Translations under genes and position numbers: made by a program
The notes under the pieces: generated by a model
Databases searched by the model: none
Seen by the model: the letters and a program-made list of their open reading frames with translations, nothing else
Told to the model about the DNA's origin: nothing
Assembly (NCBI GenBank): GCA_964016885.1
Contig: OZ024740.1
Coordinates: 386,322,001-386,386,000 of the forward strand
Reading direction: 5' to 3'
DNA: 64,000 bases
Origin: Eledone cirrhosa
Lineage: Eukaryota
Shown: in pieces, positions 14,281 through 28,106 of the stretch
Numbering within the stretch: position 1 is the first letter of the stretch
How the letters are laid out: each line of letters starts with the position of its first letter

Positions 14281-14870
14281 GGAGGCACATGGCTTAGTGG
14301 TTAGAGCATTGGCCTTGCAATCAAAAGGTTGTGAGTTCAATTCTCAGACCGGGTGATGTGTTGTTTCCTTGAGCAAGACACTTTATTTCACATTGCTCCA
14401 GTTTACTCAGCTGTAGAAATGAGATGATAGGGACTGGGGTCCCTATCATTCCACTGTAAAGTGGTCGTGGAGGTGCCACGGCAAAAAAGCACCCAGCACT
14501 CACTGTAAATGAGGTTGGTGTTAGGAAGGGCATCCAGCTGTAGAAATCAAGCCAGAATCAGTTCCCGTCCCACCCTTGCAAGCAGGGAAAAGTGGACGTA
14601 AAATGAGATGATGATGATGATGATGATGACATATATATAGGTGTCATGACAAAAGCGAGCACCCAGTCCACTCTGTAAAGTGGTTGAGAGTAGGCAACAT
14701 GGCAAAAAGCACCCAACACACACTGTAAATGTGGTTGGTGTTATGAAGGGCATCCAGCCATAGAAACCAAGTGAAAATCAGTTCTGTGTGAGCGAATCAT
14801 GGTCCCCCACAAAAGGACAGCCCATTCTACTTATACTAGCGTGGAAGATGAACATATAATGATGATGATT
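14281..14870 (+). mobile_element. SINE family B followed by a second, older 3' module
   Basis: Full head ggaggcacatggcttagtggttagagc; two (GAT)n tails at ~14610 and ~14860. Confidence 0.85.
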
Positions 14871-14931
14871 ATATATATATATATATATATAAACCTTCCA
14901 TCGTAGTTTTTTATGTAAAAAACTTTGTTAA

Positions 14932-15151
14932 CCCTTTAGCATTTACATTACTCTATATATACTATTGTATTTTCACGGAAAGGCTTTATCTCACATAATT
15001 ATCTCACATAATATTGAATCTATGAGATTTTGATAGTACTTATTTTAAGAACAATACATTAAAATCAGTATGAGTGGTCGGTTACAGCTGGTTTGAACAG
15101 AAAGAGGGGAAAGAATTCTGGTCGGATATGGCCGGTTTAAATGCTAAAGGG
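14932..15151 (+). mobile_element. 220-bp TTAA/piggyBac-like MITE, complete
   Basis: TTAA|CCCTTTAGCATTTA ... TAAATGCTAAAGGG|TTAA: a 14-bp TIR with TTAA TSD. Confidence 0.92.
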
Positions 15152-15834
15152 TTAATCGATGTTTCAAATACCAGCTTAATTAATACTGAGAAAGCTAGTT
15201 ATATTACTAAATCTTTCGAAATTCTTTTCAAAATGATTTGGAAATCATAGTCTTTTTCATTAGAAATATGGTAATGAAAGGGTTAAACATCTCATAATAG
15301 GAAAATTCAATGACAAAAGAAGCATAGGTAGGTTGAAAAGTTACAAGTGTAGATGGTATTGTAGATTGATATTTGAGAAACAGAGGCTTAGAACTGCTTA
15401 TCTCTACTTAAGACTGCAAGAAATAGAAGATCATGAACTCCTATGCCATTCAGCATATAATCTTAGAGTATGGATGAGAATTCTGATTTACATTAAAGAG
15501 TTGTTTTTGTCGTTTTGTTTTGTGTACGTTTCTTTTTTTTTTCTTGTTTCTTAAATTGATGAATAAAATTGAAAAGGTTTCAATAAATCAATTGAAAAGG
15601 TTTCAATAAATCAAGTGGAGAGAGTCAAATCAAATATCTAAAAACAGTAATGTCAAAATTCATAACAAAATCTGAAATTCTAATTCAAACATATTTTTTT
15701 TAAATGACCAGTTTATGAAAACAACTGTTTTAAAGATTTAATAATTCAAACAAAAAAAAATAATAAAAATAAAAATAAACTTCAATCATAACATCCTTGC
15801 TTGATAGTAGTTTTTTTTTATGTAACCGTTCAAG

Positions 15835-15938
15835 AGAATACTCACACAAAAAGTTCTGACATCAAAGGACAAAAATAAGACATTGAAGAATGAACATGAA
15901 CTGGAAAAGGATACAAGAAATCAGCTGTCAGAAATAAG
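15835..15938 (+). other. Candidate coding exon of an unidentified gene
   Basis: T-tract plus AG, open frame RILTQKVLTSKDKNKTLKNEHELEKDTRNQLSEI, AG|gtaaat donor. A competing minus-strand exon at 15846-15900 also has good splice sites. Confidence 0.3.
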
Positions 15939-17173
15939 GTAAATATAATACTCATATTTCAATAAATATAATGCAAAACTATTTAATTGTAAAGACACTC
16001 TTATACAAAATATTTCTAAATTCCATCAGTGTATATTAATGTAAAATACTTTTTTTAAAGAATTTTAACATTGGCCCAAGATCACAAGTTTGTAAGAGAG
16101 AAATTAATTGAATGAATTCAAATAAATATCTAGTATTTGTTATTGTTTAACCCCAGGTTATATCTGATTTAACAAGCATGATCAAATGTGTTCCAGTCAT
16201 GATCATCTTTTTTTTCCACCCATAGCATGTCTAGGAAAAGATTATTGAGTTATACTTTTCCTTTTTAACACCATGTATGATTTAGTTGAGATTGTACTGC
16301 TATTTCTGTGTAGTCGGCCAACCACAAACTTTTCTTGATTTGATGGCTGGTATTTATTTATCAAATGTGAAAGGATAAATGACAAAACCAGTCAAGTTCA
16401 GAAAGTGAAGGAACAAAAATACTCCAAGACATTTAGTCTAGTATTTCACTGTTTTTGTCACTCAATTGCTCTTGTTAAAAATGAATTCAATCTCAAAACT
16501 ATGCCATTACAAAATCCAACACTATAAGCATAACTGACCAGTTAGAGACATGCAACTATGTTATCTAACCATTGAGAACTGCAGCATAAGTAATGTTGTT
16601 GGCCTCAACCTCATTAAAGTCTTCAACCATGTTTGGCATGAGAATCACTTAGCTAGGTTTCCCAACTACAAGCTTCATTGGAAATTCTTGTCAGAAAGCT
16701 CCATCACAGCATGCATCAATGAATAATTTTCAACCCCACATTCCATCAATTTTGTTATGCTTCAGGGTTCAGTTATGTCTCCCATAATCTCCTTTACATT
16801 AATGACATATTCACTATCATATCTAACCACACACTCCTATGCAGACAATACTACCTAAACTTCATTCATCCCTTAATCTTCCACATACATGTATTATCTT
16901 CATATAACCTAGGCATCTCATGCCTGATCTACATTGCTTCAATGAACAGATTCTTTAAAACATTCACAAATGGAAACAAAACATCCTAGTCTCTTCAACA
17001 GCACCAAACCACTAGACATATCAAAGAAACCATCTTACAAAATTATCCACTCCCTATTCATGAACAATACACAACTAAATCACAGTAACTTACAATCCCT
17101 AATCTACATGGCTTGCCATCATATCTCATTTGTTGGTTGTCACTCATAGCAGTGAAGTGGTTAGACGCATTAA

Positions 17174-17373
17174 TCCTTTAGCATTTAAACCGGCCGTATC
17201 CGGTCAGAATTCTCTCACCTCTTTCTGTTCAAACCGGCTGTAACTGGCCCCTCATACCGACTTTAAGGTATAGTTCTCAAAATAGATAATATTAAAATCT
17301 CATAGATTCGATATTATGAGATAAAGCCTTTAATGTGAAAATACAACAGTAAATATAGAGTAATGTAAATGCT
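17174..17373 (-). mobile_element. TTAA MITE copy
   Basis: Reverse-orientation copy of 14932-15151; one TIR is truncated. Confidence 0.8.
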
Positions 17374-17875
17374 TTTGTGATCATATTTATAATAAAATAC
17401 ATTCTACTTCAATTAACTAATAAAGAATTTTAATGGATTTATTAAATATATTTATTTCATTACTTAGATTGCAACTCAACATAGTTCTTATATACAATTA
17501 TGTTGGAAGATATTTATTTAAATAGGAACCCTATAAAATAGGTGGTTTTGTTTCATAGAATCAGAAACTGGCATAAACAAAACCAATCCTATGAACAAAT
17601 TTTACAATACATTAAATCTGAGAAACCAGAATTTTAATCCAATCTGACACTGTAACCATAACTGATATGATGCACAAGAACCATGTCAATATAAACAGTC
17701 GTAAATCCATTAACACAGCCAATATGAAATACCAAAGTTGTGTCAATATACAGTGTACAAGCTGATCTAACAAGCACATTTTAACCCTTTCATTACTATA
17801 TTTCAATACCATTTCCTATCTATCATTTTCAAATGAATTTGAAAATAATCAAGACTTTGAGGGTATTTAATAATA

Positions 17876-18505
17876 CTAGCAGAAAAACCACCTTCGGGTG
17901 GTTTTCTGCTAGCTTGTCTAGTGTGTATATTGATATTATACGCAAGTATATATGCATGTAGATATGATACATCAAATAAAACCGTAATTGACAATATATA
18001 CAGAAATTGAACGAAGACTGTGTTACACTGTCTTCTGTAATCAGTAACGTAATCCATGATACATTTTAAAAAAGATGATATTATATATCTGCTAGCATGT
18101 GTAGTGTGTATATTGATATTATACGCAAGTATATATGCATGTAGATATGATCAAATAAAATCGTAATTGACAATATACACGGAAATTGAACGAAGACTGT
18201 GTTAGATTGTCTTATTAATCAGTAACGTAATCCGTGATACATTAAAAGAAGACGATATTATATATAAACTGCATTAGGAGAAAATTAGTGACAGAAATAT
18301 ATGAATATTTATTGAAACGATCGCTAACCGGAAGTGTTGACATTTGAAAATTTTAAAGCAGTGAATCTTTAAATAAGTAATAAAATATATTTAATGAACA
18401 GCCACAAAATTTAGTAGATAAATTATGTAATATTCATTCATTATTTATTCAAAGTAATCCAACTTATTTTACTAAGGGGATAAAAAAATTATAAACCGTA
18501 CGCAG
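17876..18505 (-). mobile_element. Non-autonomous Helitron-like element with an internal ~185-bp tandem duplication
   Basis: Inverted homolog of 58755-59202 with shared ends. Terminal hairpin ctagcagaaaaaccacc-ttcg-ggtggttttctgctag, ending CTAG|T on the minus strand. Confidence 0.6.
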
Positions 18506-18814
18506 TCCTGTGCTTCTTACTTTATTATAGTTTAGATACCTAACTTTCTCACCATTAAGCTGATATTTGGAACATAACTTAAAGACATTTAAAAATTCTT
18601 CTCAAGAAAAAAAAAAAGAAACTTCTCTCGCAGTTGCCTCGCTAAGAAGAGGGCATCTGTAGTACTTTTCCCATGAAACAAACTGCATCTCATCTATTTT
18701 GACTATTTCTCTAATTTGCTGTGCTAGAACTCTTTCGGTCACTTTCATAACTTAGTCCATTAGTTTTATTCCTCTATACGTGCTCCTTTCTAGAGAATCA
18801 CCTTTGCCCTTGTA

Positions 18815-20400
18815 GCAATGTCATTGCTGCACCAGTCATTGGGTATGACTTCATCATGTATTACTTGATTTACTATACAGGTTACTAGTTTGACTTAGCA
18901 TCTCAGCAACTATTTCTGATGGTCCGTCCTGCAGCTTTACCATTTTTCATCTCCTTGATTGCATCTTTGACCCTAAAACTATCAACTTCAATAGCTAGTC
19001 CTTCCTTTGAGTAAGTTATGGGTAGTTTCTCTTTCTCCCATTCATTCTCTACTTTCGTCAATCTCTCAAAGAAACATTTCCAGGACTCTTTCTTTCGGGC
19101 ATCAGTGGTGTACCAGCATCATTTCTAAAACATTTCCCCCCCAACAACATCTTGATTCACACTAACGCACTGCCTTGCCATACAGAACACTTCACGCCTC
19201 TGATCCTCACATCTCAAGACATTGGCAAATTTACTTTCTTCAGCCTCTCTCCGAGCTGTGTATACCTGTTGACAGAGCTTCTTCCTTAGCTACTTGGTAT
19301 CGGTCTCTGCTACCGCCATTTTTCCACTCTTTACATGCCTGTCTCTTAGCTTTAATGGCTGCATCTACTGTGCTCTTCTACCACCAGGCCAGCCTTTGTC
19401 TGTCTGGAGCTTAACTCCAAGTCTCACCAGTAGTTCGCAAAACGTTGTTGCATAAGAATTTCCAGTTGTCCTGTACGTTGTATGTATCTAGTTCATCATC
19501 CCTCACATCAAGTGCATCCTGTAGGGCCTTTCTAAGCCTATATTTAGGTCCTTTAGCTTCTACATCTCCATATTTTCCAGTGTTGTGTTCTGTCTTGTTT
19601 TTTCGATGTCACTAATAGCTAACTTGTGCTGGACAGTTCATTCTTCCCCAGGGAAGGCCTTAGCATTTATTACAGTCTGTTTGTCTTGTTGTCTAGCAAG
19701 TAAGTAATCAATTTGGCTTGTATGTTCACCTGATTGGTATGAAATCAGGTGATTGGCCTGTTTTCTGAAATTTGTGTTGCTTATGGTTAGTTTATTTGCA
19801 TCACAGAATTCCAAGAGTCTCAGTCACACTTTATTCCTTGAGCTATAACCATAATTGCAATGAACTCCACTGAATCCATCCTGGTACTGTCCCATATGTC
19901 CATTGAAGTCACCTGCCAGGATGATGAGGTCTCTTTCATTAATACTTGAAGTTGTCTGTAAAAGTTCCCCCATAGAACCTGTCCTTTTCTTCTTTACCCA
20001 GTCCTGTCTGTGGAGCATAGGTAGATGTGATTGTCACCAGTCTATTTCCTACAGTTACTCTAAGCTTGATGATTCTGTCACTTACTCTAACTACCTCTAT
20101 CACTTTATCTATCCATTTCTCAGCTAGTAGGATGCATACACCTCCTATCCCATTGTCATTTCCTACCCAGTAGAGTTTATATCTAAGTTGCTTGACCATT
20201 ATTAGTCTTGCTGAGGCACTTCTCCATCTCACTTCTAGTACACAGCATACCTCTACTCTTCTTCTCTCTAACAGTTCCATAATTTCACCTGATTTGCCTT
20301 TCAGGGTATGAACATTGAAGGTGGCAGTCTTGAGATTTGTACCTTGATAGTTCTTGTTGCTTCTTTGGTTAGAGGTTCTACGTACCTGAAAGGGAAAGTA
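18815..20400 (-). mobile_element. RTE-type LINE related to 1-1651, decayed
   Basis: TATFNVHTLKGKSGE, VCCVLEVRWR, STYAPQTG and LAGDFNGH endonuclease motifs; stops and frameshifts. Confidence 0.9.
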
Positions 20401-20920
20401 GTTGTGCGATTGCTCGATGACAGTCGAGGAGTTCTTGCACATGACTACTCTAGCCACCCCACTACCGTGCGCAGCACTAACATGACTAATGTTAGCCCTG
20501 TGTTCGCAACTAGTGGAAATCATATTGGTCATGCTTTTCATAATTATATATGTGTTCACATGTCAGAGATGACTAAAAGAGTTGGTGTCATGAAGAGCAT
20601 CCATCCATAAAACACTTCCTCAAAATGATGATGGTGGTGGTGGTGGTATTAACTTAACACTACAGAATTAGCACATTTGATACCATTGTGCCTGATTCTT
20701 AGATACAAAACTGCATCTATCAATGTGTTCATCATTCAATGTCTGTATTTAAATTAAAACCTTCCAATATAATTTCATCAAAGAATCTTTTGATAAGTTC
20801 ATGTTCTTAATAAACATCAGCCAAATAGAGAAATAAATGTAAAAGCTAGTTATTTTACTAAACTCTCTTCAAATTCTCGATTATTTTTAAAATTAATTGA
20901 AAGACATGTTCAGAGCAATT

Positions 20921-21472
20921 TTTAGCAGGGTAGTAGTTTGAAGGTCGTTAGTTGACAGTGTAGTAAAATGATAGTATCCTCGTTGGATTGTCTTGTCGAC
21001 AGACGTAAGGGAAGGTCCCTCGATCTATTTACCATCTTTGTATTTACAATATTCCTTTCGTCGGGTCGCCAATTCCAGCAGCATGGATTATAGATGTTAT
21101 TGAGACACGAGTAACATAATAATGATTTCAACAGCAGAAATTAAAGATGAAATGTATGTTTATTTTTGATGTAGCACAAACAATGTTTGTTAACTTATAT
21201 GGTTGAAGTTACACATAAAAAGAGGTTACAAAAGGGAATGTGCCATTGCGCCGGAAAGCCGGCGAGGCTAGGGTGCAAAATCTCACCGTTACATTATGCG
21301 TGTTGCTGGTTCGAAGTTCCCGGTTCAAGAGACAGATTCTTCAAATCTTCGCGGGGAATTTCTTCCTCAGGGCGCGTAGGGATACATCCTCTTCTACTGG
21401 CGCTGATTGGCTGAACTGAGCCAAATCACGCACAGAGAATGTATGTGAGCCCGCGGAATGTAGGTCACTACA
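20921..21472 (-). mobile_element. Solo LTR (~552 bp)
   Basis: Ends tttagc (decayed TGTAGC) ... ctaca, with AATT TSD at 20917-20920 and 21473-21476. CCAAT, TATAA and AATAAA lie in order on the minus strand. CpG-rich relative to the flanks. Confidence 0.7.
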
Positions 21473-21777
21473 AATTCATTAAAATTATAGTTAAGAATGT
21501 ACTAAATAATCTTTATATTGCTCAGCACCAAAAATTTTATGCATGTCACAATAGATGGTACTAGGTTTAAACGTATGCATTAAACTGAAAATATAAACAA
21601 TCTTCAGAAATGTTAATTAATTGATAAGGTGGGTTGTTACAACTTATTCTGACTGGTTTTCAATTTCTGCAACATCACTGCTTAAATTCAATTATGAAGT
21701 TATGAGTGGATACATGAGCTAAAGATGTACTACAAAGAAAGTTGAAAATTACAACCAAGTAGGTAGATAGAACTTAA

Positions 21778-22221
21778 CCCTTCAGCCTTTTTATTACTCT
21801 ATATTTACTATTATATTTTCACCGAAAAGGCTTTACCTCATAATTATCTCACATAATGTTAGCTGCCGAGACACTGCATCTTTTAAAACCCTCATGCTTC
21901 CCGAAATTCGCCAAAACTACACCTGATGTCCCCCTTCCATACACATGCACACGTGTATATCATTACTCATGCACTGTTCATTTTCCTGACAATTGTACAT
22001 TACCCTATGTACTATGCATACACTTTTGATGAGTTGTAGTGCACCTGAGCACTGTACACATTATTTTCATTATTATTATACATAATATCAAATCTATGAG
22101 ATTTTGAATTTATTTTGAGAACAATACCTTAACGTCAGAATACATGGTCAGTTATGGCCAGTTTAATCAGAAAGAGGTGAAAGAATTCTGGCCGGATATG
22201 GCCAGTTTAAATGCTGAAGTA
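21778..22221 (+). mobile_element. TTAA MITE interrupted by the 4580-type repeat
   Basis: MITE halves at 21778-21857 and 22081-22221 flank the insert. Confidence 0.75.
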
Positions 22222-23898
22222 TTAATCACTGATGTTACACCTTGCAAACACATATCTCAATGGTTTAGTTCATTTCTCTGTACCTTGCAAAGCTATTTTT
22301 ATACTATTGTAAGAACCATCAGCAGCAAAACCTAAAGTAATGGCCTGATATATTGAAGGATCTCTTGAGCGGTAGTGTTTAGCTTTAGTTTCATGGTGGG
22401 AAGGATGAAATAAATCTTTCCTAGCTAAAACACCAGTGTATCACAGTTAATGCTTCCAGATTAATCTACTATCTATTCCTGACAGCTAAATGGCAAGTAG
22501 AATAAAGTATCCTGTCTGGAAACAAAACGAAACATGACCGTAATTTAATGTCTTATTTCCTTGAGTATGGGTTGCACAATACTGTTTTGAAATAGTATTC
22601 TATAACTGAATGCCCTTGCTGATGCCAACCTTTACTTTTTTATATAAAGTACTGATCTTTGCACATCAAGCCTATAGGCCACAGGACATAAACAAGTAAC
22701 ACTGCTCGTGTACGTGGTCTAAAATGCAAAGCAAACACAACTTCCATACTTTTTCTGTTCACCAGTCACTAGCTCAAAATGCCACCCACAGTGGAACAGA
22801 ATCCATAATCAAGTGGGTGCCAACTGAACTTCTTAACTACATAGCCATCCTTGCAACATGCAGCAAATTTAAAATCCCAAAGTCAGCATGAGTAGTCCAG
22901 TAATTTATCCAGTCATCCATTTCATACTACATATAAGCAACAAGAGAGAATACAATTGATTTCTAATTAAGTCATGAAACTAGAAATTGAAAGAAGAGAA
23001 TATTACGATACTCATATCTTTCTTAATTGCATTAGCAGACATCATTTAACGTCTGTCTTCTCTGCTGCCAAGAATAGGGTGGATCTTCACAGACCAAGTC
23101 AGTACTAACCTCTTAGATGGGCCTACATTTTGCTTACATATGTTCTTACACACTGACTGCATTTTATAATAGCACCAGTACTAGGAAGGTGGTTGTGTTT
23201 TTGACACTGCTTGAAGATTCCTCTTGACATTCTGTTTGGCATGTTAAGGCAATGGTTGTTAGCTTTCAATACTGAGCTGAAATTCTCACAAGGGTCTCAA
23301 ATAAAAGCAATGGGAATCACTATTTGAAAATGAAATTTTCAGTGATATCTCAACAACCAAGTTATGACATTAATTTATACCCAGCAGTATACTGTTCCAC
23401 ATACCTCAGTTAACCAAGCAGAAAACCAGTGTCAATTACATTACTACAGATTGGTAATCTGACAGGAACTAGCATTTACAACACTACATGATTGATAGGA
23501 ATCAACATATAAGATTCTACAAGAGCAACTAAATCTCCCATGAAACAAATCTGTTTCATGTTGAGATAATATAATTTCTAATAAAGGTAACAAAACTGGG
23601 GTGAAAATACACTGTCATTAAGTTTAATCTAAGAATATTCAATCACAGTATCATTATCATCATTCTTCTTCATTCGACATTCACTATACCAGATAGTTGT
23701 TTTCACATACACATAATACTTCAGTTGCCACTGACAAATCTTAACTTGACTTGTGGTTAAATAATTTCCTAGCTACATAGAAATATCTAACTAAAACTGT
23801 CGATTGCCTTAATTTGAATGTAAATAAGTTTACAATATATTGTGGCATTTAACATAACCATTTCTTCATGAAGTTCCTCTTATTCAGTGTAACATTAA

Positions 23899-24117
23899 CC
23901 CTTTATAGCATTTAAACCGGTTGTATCCAGCCAGAATTTTCTCACCTCTTTCTGTTCAAACCGGCTGTAACTGGCCACTCATACCTACAATAAGGTATTG
24001 TCTTCAAAATAAATATCAACTGTCCAGCGATTCTCTCCTAAGACATTCTAACTGTGAAATAAAGCCTTTACCGTGAAAATACAATAGTATATATAGAGTA
24101 ATGTAAATGGTAAAGAG
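23899..24117 (-). mobile_element. TTAA MITE copy
   Basis: TTAA on both sides, degenerate TIRs, aligns to the family. Confidence 0.85.
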
Positions 24118-25339
24118 TTAAGCACAATACAATTTCATGTGAAACTTTAAGAAAAACTGGATAGGAAGGTTTGGAGGTTGAGATAAATAAGATGATTAGT
24201 GGATCAGAAGCGAGGATAGAGTGAGAGCTTTTAATGCAGTCTAAGATGTGACAGTAGTGCTATTCCAAATATGTGAGCAATACACTAAAGTAGAAGACAC
24301 TTGTGTTTTGTAGAGAGTCAGCAACCTATAAGGGATGAAGAATTGTCTGGCTCTTAAGAAAAAGCCTAGTATTTAGGATGTAATTTTTACGATGTTATGT
24401 GTGTTGTTGCCATGAAAGATCACAAGTCTGAGTTTAATTATTTTTAGTTATTATAGCTACCCACTTCATTACTGAGAGTATACCTACACTACTTCCTGAA
24501 TATTACAAAAACTAAGATATGAGATATGACAGCAATAAAATATCTAACATTTGTTTTAGGGATGAGTATGGGTAGAACCCTTTGCTCAAAATACATTTAA
24601 TAAAGTATAATCTTGAAATGTCATGTTTTTTTCAGGTATGCCAAAATATCCTACCACCTTAAAAAAATAGAATGAGTCAATAATGTGATCCTAGATACAC
24701 TACTCCTGAAAACAAGATAAGATGGCTATGGCTGGAAAGCTTTTCATCAGAGGTCTGCTCAATCATGGCTAACATGGGGCTGAACGACAATAGATATTTA
24801 CTAATGCAAACCACTTGCAGTCTCCTTGAATGTCTTCATTTTTTAAATATTAGCTACCTAAGCTAATCTTTTCCAGACCTCCATAAGACAAATGTTATGC
24901 AGCTTTTAGATAAAAGATAAAATGTCCCACTTTGTAGGGTACTGAACCATTACTGGGTAGTTTTACTAGCAAGAAAAGGAACTGCTTACAGATGTGAAAT
25001 ACCCTACCTGTGGTATCTACTTAGGGTAAGATAAATGTCTTGCTCTTGGACACAATACCATACTAATAACAAGATATAAACTTTTGGCCTCTGAAATTTT
25101 TCTAATCAACATTACAGTGTGTGATCTCTGTTTAAAACAGTTTCTATGAAACCTTTGTGTAAGCTACCTAAAGAATTGATGACAGCAATATCCTTATCAT
25201 AGCTAGTTATTTCAATATAGATCAGAAATTTCAGGTGGAGACAAGGAAAATTAGGAAACAAATTACATTAGCGAAGATAAAAAATCCTAATTTGATTTAC
25301 GATATAACTTCCAATTAGCACTTCATGACATCTCTTTAA

Positions 25340-25543
25340 CCCTTTAATGTTCAAACCGGCCAAAACCAGCCAGAATTCTCTATCTTTTTCTGTTGAAACT
25401 GGCTGTAACTGGTCACTCAAACTGATGTTAAGGTATTGTTCTCAAAATAAATACTTTCAAAATTTCATAGATTTGATACTATGTGAGATAAAGCATTTAC
25501 CATGAAAATATAATAGTATATATAGAGTAATGTGAATGCTTAT
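25340..25543 (-). mobile_element. TTAA MITE copy
   Basis: Aligns to the family. Confidence 0.8.
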
Positions 25544-25774
25544 AGAGAACTATAATATAGAAGACATCTAGCAGTTGCTAAGAAACAACATGCCAAAAGC
25601 TAATGGTTAAATTCGATGGTCAGATGGAGCTAGGTCCCAGGCAGACAGAGAGTAGTATGATGACAAAATAGTTTAATAAATAAGGTTTTAACCATTTTGA
25701 TACCAAACCACCTGAAACTGCCCTTGGTTCTACGATACAAAATTACCTTTTTGAAAATGTTTATAGTTATTTAA

Positions 25775-25952
25775 CCCTTTAGCATTTACATTACTCTATA
25801 TTTACTATTGTATTTTCATTATCTCACTTAATATTGAATCCATGAGATGTTATTTATTTTGAGAACATCAGTATGAGTGACCGGTTTACAGCCGGTTTAA
25901 ACAGAAAGAAGTGAGATAGTTTTGGCCGGATACAGCCAGTTTAAATGCTAAA
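25775..25952 (+). mobile_element. TTAA MITE copy nested in an older repeat
   Basis: ttaa|ccctttagcattta ... taaatgctaaa; internal deletions. Confidence 0.8.
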
Positions 25953-26688
25953 TTTATGTAACAACTTTTAACTTATGCTTCAAACACCAGATAAATAGCA
26001 AAAAATTTAGTTGTATGACTAAATCCTTCCAAATCCATAATTACTTTAAAAAATCATAGGCAGTCTCTTTCATTAGAAATATGGTAACTGACAGACTTGG
26101 AAAAATGAGAAAAGAGAAAAACAAAAAAAGATATGAAGTAAAAACATCTAGAAAGAAGCTGAAAGTATAGGTGGGAGACATAGAGTATTCCAATTTATAA
26201 GAAGCAGGATGGTATTGCAAAGAATTGTACTTGAAATGAAGGTTTTGCATGGCTTCAATGTCTGTGAAAAGAGATATGGCAATGTCAATAAGATGTTGAA
26301 TAAAGAATGTGAGTGGGATAGTGAAAAACTCCCAAATGTGATCAACAGAGAAACCAACTATAGTGGTTAGTTCACACATAATCAGTAAGTCAATCAAGGA
26401 TTCAATGGTAGGGAAAGTCACAGCACCATCAGATATGGTTAATAGGATATTGAATGTATAAAAACATATAATGTAAGCTTCAGAGGTTAATTAAATAGTA
26501 TATTACTTCAATGTTAATTAGTTGGACAGATCTGAAGGTTATCCAATCAATTCTCATGTTCAACAATTATCACTTTTGACAGACTCTAGATTATATATTT
26601 TAGAAGTGCATTACTGGTACTTTAATGAAACTACTTTAGCCCAGCTCTCTACTGCAACTGCTAACTTACTATCTTTTCTCCTTAACAG

Positions 26689-26730
26689 CTTGAGAGAAAG
26701 CAGAAATAAGCACCAGCTCTATATAAAATT
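26689..26730 (+). other. Candidate 42-nt exon
   Basis: ctaac branch point, then atcttttctccttaacag acceptor. Phase 2-2 frame LRESRNKHQLYIK. Weak gtgatt donor. Confidence 0.25.
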
Positions 26731-27996
26731 GTGATTCATGAAAGGAATAATTAATATAATAGTATCTAAAAAAAAAAGGCTGTGCAAGATAAATTCTCAA
26801 CAGGATGTTTAGGCTAGGAATATAATGTAATGTCTGTGGCTGCATTTCAATTCCTGACCTTTATATTAGTAGTCTTAAGCAATCAATTAGTGTATATCCC
26901 TATTACACATGGAAATCCACAATTCAAATCACATTTCATGCCTTTAACCTTAAATGTTCTAGGTCTTACAATCCAACATCCTTCCTTTCTGTTTTAATTT
27001 AAACTTACTACAATCATTTTGTTTTGTTGTATAGTATATATTTTTTCTGCAAATTTTAAGATTTACATATAAATTGTCTGGGACATGCTGTTTTCAAGAC
27101 TAGGCTTTCATCTTAACAGTATTCAAAAGTGAAAATGACACTTATTCACAGCTAGTCTGACAAATAAATAGAGTTAAAACAAGACTTTTGAACTCATTAG
27201 TTAATCTTTTCATGACTATATATATATATAAAGAAAAATACTGTATTTCAGTTAATTAATGGAAAATTTTGAGGGATTTACTAAAATTATAAATCATTTC
27301 ATTACTAAAATAGTAACTTAATGTCTCCTATATAACATTTTGAAGGAAGATTTCAATTTAAGTAGAAACAATTTAAAATAGATGAATTTGTTTCATTCCA
27401 ATGGGTGAGTTGATACAAAAGAGTTAATAGTCAATAGCTCAGAACAATCAACCAACCATGAAGTATGATTTTAATAATGAGCACATTCATGAGCCATTTG
27501 AAATATTTGTTCTGCACAAACACATACACTTCCATATCACTCTCAGTGATTGGCTCATTGGAAACTTTTAACCAACAACACTATTGTTCACCAATTGCGA
27601 GATAAAATTTCAAAAATAAACAATAGACATCTACAACATTTTATAATCTAAACAAGGACTAGGATTTTCCTTAAGCTGCTGATATCAAAGAGGAAATTAT
27701 AATTATAAATAATTTAAGTCAAATATACACTAGATTAAGACAATCAATGCTCTATTAGACTTCAATAATAATCCTAACATTAATATCTAAATAGATTTTA
27801 ACTGGAAACTGGGATTTCTTTTAACTTTTTTTCAGTTTACCATATGGCAGCGAATTGACAGAGTTGTCATATGGTCAGATAGACTGACTATCTGCACTGA
27901 ATTTAAATCAGGTTAAGAAAAAAGTACTAGTCCAGTACTGGTGTTGATATTTCCTCTATATCTCTGCCTCACTTCCTATCACTATCTCTTTCTCAG

Positions 27997-28106
27997 AAAG
28001 AAATCAGCAGTGTTCAGACCTGGAGAGGGACGTCCAAGATATGCCATATGTCCCAATGGCACTCCTATTAGTCCACCAGGAGTTACGGGCCCATACATAT
28101 ATGAAG
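27997..28106 (+). other. Candidate 110-nt coding exon
   Basis: Long pyrimidine tract plus cag; GC-richer sequence not matched elsewhere in the window; AAG|gttaat donor. Two open frames (KKSAVFRPGEGRPRYAICPNGTPISPPGVTGPYIYE or RNQQCSDLERDVQDMPYVPMALLLVHQELRAHTYMK). Confidence 0.45.

Noticed and set aside
14281-14352. tRNA gene
   Set aside because: This is an A/B-box head without a proper cloverleaf. It continues into a SINE body and tail and recurs in several copies.
17876-17912. Rho-independent terminator
   Set aside because: Eukaryotic context with no U-tract after the stem; the hairpin marks a repeat terminus.
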